From a virus: a DNA stretch of 50,826 nt. Position 1 is the first letter of the stretch. The number at the start of each line of letters is the position of its first letter. A model generated the notes under the pieces. That model did not search any database. It worked only from the letters and a program-made list of their open reading frames with translations, and had not been told where the DNA came from. The DNA is taken from positions 1 to 50,826 of IMG/VR virus record IMGVR_UViG_3300025669_000046; one strand, given 5' to 3'. Shown here piece after piece: positions 44,807-50,826 of the stretch. A program made the position numbers and the translations under genes.

Positions 44807-46054
44807 ATGATTGATATAAATAGTATGATACAACAGGTATTACAAAGCGAGATTCTAAGTGGTGCATTATTTATTAGCGTTTTCATGGGATTAATATATT
44901 CATTAAAAGGATTACCCCTTAAATTCTGGAATTGGATAAAGAAATATATATATTATGAAGTTTATATATATGAAACTGATAATTTGTTTGTATATTTTGA
45001 GAAATTCTTAAATAAGAATTACAATAAAAAATATAGAAAAGTTGAGGCAGTTACAGAATTTAATAAATTAGACACAGATATAGGTTATGATAAAGCACCC
45101 GAATCAGACTCGAATATAAATAAAAAACAAAAAAAGAAAAATGTGTTTATGAAGCAATATCAAATGATATTCACAATTAAGTATAATAAAAAATATTATA
45201 TTATAAATAAAGGTCGTGAGAAATTCGAGAATACAAACAATTTAAAAAATGCGTACATGAATCATTATAACATAAAAACTTTATTTTATAATAAAAGGTA
45301 TATAAATAAGTTATTGAATGAGTTAGTCGAAAAGAATATTAAAAAAAAAGTGACAAACACAATTTATGCAAACAATTCTGATTATTGGATTAGAGCTTGT
45401 GAGAAGAATCTTAGGAGTCTAAAAACAGTTGTGTTAAACAATAAAATAAAGAATGAAGTTATTAATGCATTAAAGAAATTTAACTCGAATAAGTCATGGT
45501 ACAAAAAGCGTGGGATTCCTTATAAACTAGGAATACTATTGCATGGTCCACCAGGGAATGGAAAGACGTCATTGATTCAAGCAATAGCGAATGAATTTAA
45601 AAAAGACATTTATTATCTAAATCTAGGAAACACAAAGGACGATTATTTAGCTAGATTGTTTAGGTGCATTAATGAAAATAGTATAATTATAATTGAGGAC
45701 ATTGATGCATTATTCAAGTCAAAAAGAGAAATGAATAATAAGGATTTAACATTCAGTGGGTTTATTAATGTCCTAGATGGTCTGATGTCCTCAGAGAATG
45801 TAGTATCGATCTTCACAACAAATAAAAAATTGAGCTTAGACGAGGCTCTAATGCGACCAGGCAGGATCGATTTTAAGATTGAGATCCCGAATCCGACAAT
45901 TAATGAAATTAAAGAATATTATAAATTATTTTTTAATACAAATATTAAAATTAAAAAATTAATTAAGAATATTAGCATGGCAGAAGTACAGGATATATTC
46001 CTAAAAAATTTAGAAAATAAAGATAGAATAAATAAGTTATTAGAAGGAAAATGA
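44807..46054 (+). CDS. BCS1-like membrane-anchored AAA+ ATPase
   Basis: N-terminal TM (GALFISVFMGLIYSL), WYKKRGIPYKLGILLHGPPGNGKTS, IIIEDID, FSGFINVLDG, LDEALMRPGRID. Confidence 0.9.
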   Translation: MIDINSMIQQVLQSEILSGALFISVFMGLIYSLKGLPLKFWNWIKKYIYYEVYIYETDNLFVYFEKFLNKNYNKKYRKVEAVTEFNKLDTDIGYDKAPESDSNINKKQKKKNVFMKQYQMIFTIKYNKKYYIINKGREKFENTNNLKNAYMNHYNIKTLFYNKRYINKLLNELVEKNIKKKVTNTIYANNSDYWIRACEKNLRSLKTVVLNNKIKNEVINALKKFNSNKSWYKKRGIPYKLGILLHGPPGNGKTSLIQAIANEFKKDIYYLNLGNTKDDYLARLFRCINENSIIIIEDIDALFKSKREMNNKDLTFSGFINVLDGLMSSENVVSIFTTNKKLSLDEALMRPGRIDFKIEIPNPTINEIKEYYKLFFNTNIKIKKLIKNISMAEVQDIFLKNLENKDRINKLLEGK

Positions 46055-46503
46055 TAGATATGACAAAGCAACATTTAGAGAGTTACTTAAGCAGGAGTCT
46101 GAAGCAGTACAATGATTTATGGTACTTGAAGCTTCAGGTAATGCCTTTGGCACACACACAGACACCCGCGGATTACATTGTGCTCTCAAAGGATAATAAA
46201 TATTTAGTTGAATGTAAGGAATGCAAGAACGATATTTTCAGTTTCGATCGACTCACTCAGGAGCATGAGTTAAGTGTGTTCCAGAGTAAGTTCAAGAGCA
46301 ATCGGAGTTATTTACTATTAATGTTCTGGAAAGAAAGATTGAATAAGTCATCTATATACCTAATTCCAATCAATGCATATTTAAGACATAAGTCCCGGAC
46401 GAAAAAGAGATCTATAAATCTTAAAGAATGCCAAGATCAATTTATGATTTATAAAGTAATGCTAACCGAGAACAATTTATTAAATTTAAATGACCTGAGA
46501 TGA
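46051..46503 (+). CDS. Holliday-junction resolvase-like PD-(D/E)xK nuclease (RecU/Hjc-like)
   Basis: TPADYIVL...YLVECKE...FSFDRLT..QEHEL. Confidence 0.7.
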   Translation: MIDMTKQHLESYLSRSLKQYNDLWYLKLQVMPLAHTQTPADYIVLSKDNKYLVECKECKNDIFSFDRLTQEHELSVFQSKFKSNRSYLLLMFWKERLNKSSIYLIPINAYLRHKSRTKKRSINLKECQDQFMIYKVMLTENNLLNLNDLR

Positions 46504-46510
46504 ATTATGT

Positions 46511-46663
46511 ATGTTTAAGTATGTGTATTTATGTGAGATTTATATTGGCCTTGAGGTGTACAAGCACAAGATTTTCAATTCAAAAGTTAATGCAACACGA
46601 TGGGTACAGAATAACGCGAGCATAATGGAAGATTACCAGATTAAAGAAATGCAGGTGTATTGA
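46511..46663 (+). CDS. Hypothetical micro-protein (50 aa)
   Basis: Not in track: MFKYVYLCEIYIGLEVYKHKIFNSKVNATRWVQNN... Confidence 0.45.
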   Translation: MFKYVYLCEIYIGLEVYKHKIFNSKVNATRWVQNNASIMEDYQIKEMQVY

Positions 46664-46669
46664 TAATTC

Positions 46670-46861
46670 ATGGTAGTAAGGGGAGATCACATAGACTCGG
46701 GATTAAAGATTCATAACTCGGGAAAGACACAGGGATCGAGTTGTAGTATAATTCATAAAATGCGAGCGAACAGACTTATGAAGTTTATATTTCAAAAGGA
46801 TTTAACAGATGAAGAATTACAGGATTACATTTTATATGATAAAATTAAAAAGGAGAAATAA
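46670..46861 (+). CDS. Hypothetical protein
   Basis: 63 aa ORF in the operon. Confidence 0.45.
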   Translation: MVVRGDHIDSGLKIHNSGKTQGSSCSIIHKMRANRLMKFIFQKDLTDEELQDYILYDKIKKEK

Positions 46862-46864
46862 TTT

Positions 46865-47236
46865 ATGTTACTAGAAAAAATACAAAATCAAGAAAAAGAG
46901 ATTGAAAGCAATAATACAAGATTGCTAAATGTAAAGCGTGAATTTCAGGACAAAATTGAGACACTAAAAAAGAAGTTCAGTAATAAAGACACTAAAGAAT
47001 TTTGTGATATATTTTTCAGAGCACCCTCAGCAGAGAAGTATAGCTTCGAAGAATCTCAGATTAATATTATTAAGTATAAAATAATTAAACAAGATATTAA
47101 AACAAATAAAGGCGATTCTAAGATTGATAAAAATGTAGTGTTATTTTCAATTAATGTAACTATAAATCAATTCAAGGAAAGATTTGATGAAATCAATAAT
47201 ATTTTAGTAAACTTAAAAGATATAATGGAGGAATGA
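46865..47236 (+). CDS. Hypothetical coiled-coil protein
   Basis: 123 aa. Confidence 0.5.
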   Translation: MLLEKIQNQEKEIESNNTRLLNVKREFQDKIETLKKKFSNKDTKEFCDIFFRAPSAEKYSFEESQINIIKYKIIKQDIKTNKGDSKIDKNVVLFSINVTINQFKERFDEINNILVNLKDIMEE

Positions 47237-47502
47237 ATATGGTAAAAAAGAAAATAGTAAAAAGAAAGAAAAAGAATGATATGGTTGTATTAAATCAAAA
47301 GAATATAATCAAGAGTTTAGAGCATGAAATTGATACAGACATACAAACTGTTTTAAAAAATAAAGTAAAAAATAAGTTAAAACAAATCAGAAAGACAAAG
47401 AAGATATTATCAATGCAAGAAATCGATTTACAAGACATTTTAACAGGAAAAAAGAACTTCTCGGAGTCTGACTTACTTTTTGAAGATTCTGAAGAATGGT
47501 GA
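47233..47502 (+). CDS. Hypothetical basic protein
   Basis: 89 aa, GGAGG RBS. Confidence 0.5.
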   Translation: MNMVKKKIVKRKKKNDMVVLNQKNIIKSLEHEIDTDIQTVLKNKVKNKLKQIRKTKKILSMQEIDLQDILTGKKNFSESDLLFEDSEEW

Positions 47503-47849
47503 TTTTAATGAGAACATCAATGGGATTTAATACAAAAAATATAGAAGATAAGTTTTATATATTTAATAAAACTGCATATGTTTCGATGTATGATACTATG
47601 TATATACTAAAAGATATTAAAGTACAAAATATAGATGTTACAATTGATAATGGAATACAACCATATTATACATTAAACGATAGGGTTGAGCATAGAAAAG
47701 AATTCAATTTAACAAATATGAATTTTAGTATTACTGGTGAAAAGCTAGAAGTTTCACAGGGTGAAGATTACATTGATGTTTTAGTTAAGAACATTAGCAC
47801 TGATAAATTGCTTAATATGCTATATAAAAAAATGAAGACTAGAAAATAA
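47496..47849 (+). CDS. Hypothetical protein
   Basis: 117 aa; likely start is ATG at 47508 after GGTGA. Confidence 0.5.
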   Translation: MVILMRTSMGFNTKNIEDKFYIFNKTAYVSMYDTMYILKDIKVQNIDVTIDNGIQPYYTLNDRVEHRKEFNLTNMNFSITGEKLEVSQGEDYIDVLVKNISTDKLLNMLYKKMKTRK

Positions 47850-47863
47850 TAAAGTGAATAATT

Positions 47864-49345
47864 ATGAAGATTGAGGTTTCAATGATTGTTAAGAATGAAG
47901 AAGCAGTGCTAGAGCGTTGTCTCGAGTCAGTCAAGGATGCGGATTTGATTACGATAATCGACACAGGATCGACTGATAAAACAATTAAGATCGGTAAGAA
48001 GTACACAAGCAAGATTTATTATGGTGATAGATACAAATGGCGAGGAGATTTTGCATTCCATAGAAATCAGGCATTGAATAAATGCAAGAAAGGAAATTGG
48101 ATATTAATAATTGACGCAGACGAGGTCCTAGAAAAAGGTGGTATTCAGAAAATTAGAGAATTTATAAAGGGCATAAATCCAGATATAAAAAAAGGTATAA
48201 TATTCAATACAATTTCGTCTACAATTCAGAACACACAGAATAGACAAGTCCGGATGTTTTACAATGATGGGAGCATTAAATGGCATGGGGTTGCACATAA
48301 CTATTTAGACGCAAAAGAATCTGAGAAGATTGATAGTGACTTAACAATTCATTATGGTCATTCACCGACTCATGCAAAAGACCCAGATCGGACATTTAAA
48401 ATTTTAAAAAAGTATGTAAAGAATAATATAAATTGTACAAGAGAGAAGTATTATTTAGCCAAGGAATATTATTATAGAAGAGACACAGACAAAGCTCTTA
48501 TGTATTTTGATGAATATACCAATGAATCTAATCATATAGCAGAGGTAGCTGATGCATACATGATATCTGCGTACTGCTTTTATAACACAGGCAAGTTCCA
48601 GGACGCCAAAGCATGCTGCATCAAAGCAATTCTATGCAATGCAGACTTCAAGGAACCATTTATTTTAATGTCCAAGATCTCAGGTTCACAGAGGAACAAC
48701 AAAAAGTGGCTCGAGTTTAGTGAACTTTGTAATAACAAAGATGTTTTGTTTGTTCGAACTAAGAATTCTAAACCAATTAAAAAAGAAGAAAAGACAGAGG
48801 AATACTACAATCAATTATTCAGCAATGATTATGACATGTCGAGGTATGAAAGAATATTTAGTAAAATTAAAAATATAACAGGTGAAACAAAAATTCTAGA
48901 CATTGGTTGTGGGACTGGTAAATTAAGTACATATTACAAGTCAGTAAATGACTATCATGGATTTGATTTTAGTAAAGTAGCAATCGATAAAGCAAATAAA
49001 AAGTATAAAAATAAAATGTTTTGGATTAGTGATGTATACAATAAAATTAATTATAGTCTTCAGTATAATTATTATATTTGCACAGAGGTCTTTGAGCATG
49101 TGAATGACTTAAAACTCTTAGAGAATGTAGATTCAGGACAAAAGATTATTTTCTCAGTCCCATCATTTAATGATCCCGCACATTTAAGAACATATACTGA
49201 GGAATTAGTTAAAAGTAGATACAAAGGTATTTTAGACATAAAGAGTATTATGAGATTCAATTGGGATTTAAAAAATAAAAAATGGGATAGTGCAATATCA
49301 AATACAGACTTGTACATTTTATTAGTTAATGCGATTAAGAAATAG
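47864..49345 (+). CDS. GT2 glycosyltransferase + TPR + class I SAM-dependent methyltransferase fusion
   Basis: SMIVKNEE...CLESV...IIDTGSTD, FAFHRNQAL, WILIIDADE, TPR-like helices, ILDIGCGTG, CTEVFEHV. Confidence 0.85.
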   Translation: MKIEVSMIVKNEEAVLERCLESVKDADLITIIDTGSTDKTIKIGKKYTSKIYYGDRYKWRGDFAFHRNQALNKCKKGNWILIIDADEVLEKGGIQKIREFIKGINPDIKKGIIFNTISSTIQNTQNRQVRMFYNDGSIKWHGVAHNYLDAKESEKIDSDLTIHYGHSPTHAKDPDRTFKILKKYVKNNINCTREKYYLAKEYYYRRDTDKALMYFDEYTNESNHIAEVADAYMISAYCFYNTGKFQDAKACCIKAILCNADFKEPFILMSKISGSQRNNKKWLEFSELCNNKDVLFVRTKNSKPIKKEEKTEEYYNQLFSNDYDMSRYERIFSKIKNITGETKILDIGCGTGKLSTYYKSVNDYHGFDFSKVAIDKANKKYKNKMFWISDVYNKINYSLQYNYYICTEVFEHVNDLKLLENVDSGQKIIFSVPSFNDPAHLRTYTEELVKSRYKGILDIKSIMRFNWDLKNKKWDSAISNTDLYILLVNAIKK

Positions 49346-49355
49346 GTGATTTAGA

Positions 49356-49628
49356 ATGATGAAGATTATATATTTTTATGCAGAGGGATATTCTGAGTGC
49401 AAGGTATTAAGTGCAATCTTGAATGAGATTGAAAAGGAACAGAGTTTAATCATCGCTAGAATTAATTGCGATGTGAATAAAGAATTAATAGATGTGTATA
49501 GCATTACAATAGTCCCGACATTAATATTCTTAGATAATGATAATAACATAGTAAAGCGAGTAGCAGGATTTATTTCTAAAGAAGTTATAATAGAGATATT
49601 AAAGTATCATAACCCAAAAATTAATTAA
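49356..49628 (+). CDS. Thioredoxin-fold protein with degenerate active site
   Basis: IYFYAEGYSECKVL...INCD...YSITIVPTLIF...GF. WCxxC is replaced by GYSEC. Confidence 0.75.
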   Translation: MMKIIYFYAEGYSECKVLSAILNEIEKEQSLIIARINCDVNKELIDVYSITIVPTLIFLDNDNNIVKRVAGFISKEVIIEILKYHNPKIN

Positions 49629-49652
49629 ATATAAAACAAGGAGAAATAGAAT

Positions 49653-49814
49653 ATGAATAAAACATGTTGTAATTACGACCAGAATTGCGCGAAGATAATT
49701 GTGCAGTGTGGGTTTGTGTATATAGCGGATGACTATGGTAGCATGGTCAAGATTGAAGAAAAAGATTTTAATAATTTAATGCAAAGATATAAAGATTATA
49801 AGAAGGAGGAATAG
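49653..49814 (+). CDS. Hypothetical micro-protein (53 aa)
   Basis: Not in track: MNKTCCNYDQNCAKIIVQCGFVYIADDYG..., with AGGAG RBS. Confidence 0.5.
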   Translation: MNKTCCNYDQNCAKIIVQCGFVYIADDYGSMVKIEEKDFNNLMQRYKDYKKEE

Positions 49815-49816
49815 AT

Positions 49817-50020
49817 ATGGATAAAAGAAGCGATACATTATTTAAGTATACAAATAGTGGATTTCAAATGGTAAGTGACGATGGTAAGGGTTTTACATTT
49901 AGAAAGAAGTTCAATAACTGGGCATTCATTTTGTTACTAATTTTCACATTTTTTGGTGGAATTATTTATTTAATTTATCATTTCACAAAAAAAACAATGT
50001 ATATTAAGTATAAAAAATAA
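49817..50020 (+). CDS. Small membrane protein
   Basis: WAFILLLIFTFFGGIIYLIYHF; GGAGG RBS. Confidence 0.6.
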   Translation: MDKRSDTLFKYTNSGFQMVSDDGKGFTFRKKFNNWAFILLLIFTFFGGIIYLIYHFTKKTMYIKYKK

Positions 50021-50042
50021 ACACCTAATACTCACCATTTTT

Positions 50043-50070
50043 GTAGGGGTATATTGCCTATTACCCCTAC
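50043..50070. terminator. Hairpin between convergent genes (candidate bidirectional terminator)
   Basis: gtaggggta (50043-50051) and tacccctac (50062-50070). Confidence 0.6.
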
Positions 50071-50086
50071 ACCTAACACCATATAT

Positions 50087-50278
50087 TCAATACTTAATTA
50101 ATCCTTTATTTGTGAAATATCTTATTATGAAATTAGCAATAGATGCAAATCCTAATGTGATTCCTGCTTCTAATTGACCAACAATAAAGCTTAATACTGC
50201 TAATACAAATAGACCTGCATTAATCCATAATGTCTTTGACTTCCACCATTCCTTAACTAAAATTATTTCTTTAACCAT
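50087..50278 (-). CDS. Holin-like small membrane protein
   Basis: KEWWKSKTLWINAGLFVLAVLSFIVG...FASIANFIIRYFT; two TM helices. Confidence 0.6.
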   Translation of the reverse strand: MVKEIILVKEWWKSKTLWINAGLFVLAVLSFIVGQLEAGITLGFASIANFIIRYFTNKGLIKY

Positions 50279-50415
50279 GTTAAATCATCTCCTTTATATT
50301 TTTTCAATATATTTTACATAGAATTATAAAAATTAGAATTAATACAAAAAATAAATATAAATATATCAAATCCAATTCTATCTTCTTAATCTGTCTATAT
50401 CTTGTATAATACATT

Positions 50416-50826
50416 TTAGAACTGCTCCTGTTTAGATTTTCCTGAGAAAAACCAATTGCTTAGTCCATTTAGCATACTGCCTTGTGTTATTTTATACTTA
50501 CTACCCTGTAACAGAATAGGCTTTCTCTTTGAAGTAGTTTCTATCACATACCATTTACCATCTTCAAATTTAGCAAGTCCAAAGCTATGACCAACTTCTT
50601 TATTATTCTGTGTTAGATAACCTGTTGCATTGAACACTCTTTCAGGATTAACACCACAGATGTTACAAGCAGTAATCCAAAGAATTGTAGAGTCCTCACA
50701 GTCACCAAGTCTACCATAGTATGTCTCAGTCGGCATTCTCCAGTTCTCACCAGCCTTACCAAGTCTAGACACGTCAGTTTCATACTTACAAATATCACAA
50801 GACAAATCCCTTAGTTTAATAATTAA
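50416..50826 (-). CDS. Transglutaminase-like cysteine protease, C-terminal part (runs off right edge)
   Basis: Frame is open from the edge (LIIKLRDLSCDICKYETD...). WRMPTETYYGRLGDCEDSTIL, GHSF and WYVIETT give a Cys-His-Glu triad. Confidence 0.8.
   Translation of the reverse strand, partial: LIIKLRDLSCDICKYETDVSRLGKAGENWRMPTETYYGRLGDCEDSTILWITACNICGVNPERVFNATGYLTQNNKEVGHSFGLAKFEDGKWYVIETTSKRKPILLQGSKYKITQGSMLNGLSNWFFSGKSKQEQF

Noticed and set aside
49356-49628. Selenocysteine in the thioredoxin active site
   Set aside because: The codons read GGA TAT TCT GAG TGC, with no in-frame TGA.
1-50826. DGR reverse transcriptase, Avd and template repeat
   Set aside because: No ORF has RT motifs (e.g. 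YxDD in a palm context), and I found no second copy of the VR scaffold by eye. A complete DGR cannot be claimed from this window.
1-50826. Stop-codon reassignment (alternative genetic code)
   Set aside because: Long conserved genes (TerL, PolA, MCM, portal) are intact in the standard code, and TAA, TAG and TGA all occur as plausible stops.

Overview
An AT-rich 50.8 kb segment of a tailed dsDNA virus (Caudoviricetes, HK97-type head), most likely archaeal. The host inference rests on BRE-TATA promoters (TTTATAAA), GGTGA/GGAGTGA ribosome-binding sites, an MCM-like helicase, an RFC-type motif remnant and a tRNA-Thr without encoded CCA. ORFs run off both edges, so this is not the complete genome. 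The left part (1-30226, minus strand) carries virion and packaging genes: fibre/LamG proteins, a C-type-lectin/FGE-fold protein, decoration protein, major capsid, protease/scaffold, portal, intein-containing TerL, tRNA-Thr(UGU), about 20 micro-genes and a putative TerS. The right part (30976-50020, plus strand) carries replication genes (MCM-like helicase, AEP primase, nuclease-helicase fusion, DNA methyltransferase, family A polymerase, BCS1-like AAA ATPase, resolvase, glycosyltransferase), followed by a convergent holin-like gene and transglutaminase-like protease. Most notable: (1) a DGR-type variable region (3603-3716) with no template repeat or reverse transcriptase in the window; (2) a 583-aa head-cluster protein that reads as a polyprotein of about 9 mini-domains joined by a repeated ESYKERL linker, partly conserved at DNA level; (3) micro-genes separated by a covarying hairpin+RBS element; (4) a structured non-coding block (29104-29550) with a 13-bp array, a perfect 28-bp 11-6-11 palindrome and a 20-bp inverted repeat; (5) a methyltransferase grafted onto a clamp-loader N-terminus next to PolA; (6) six free-standing homing-endonuclease genes or remnants plus an intein. 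All family assignments come from motif recognition by eye, not database searches.
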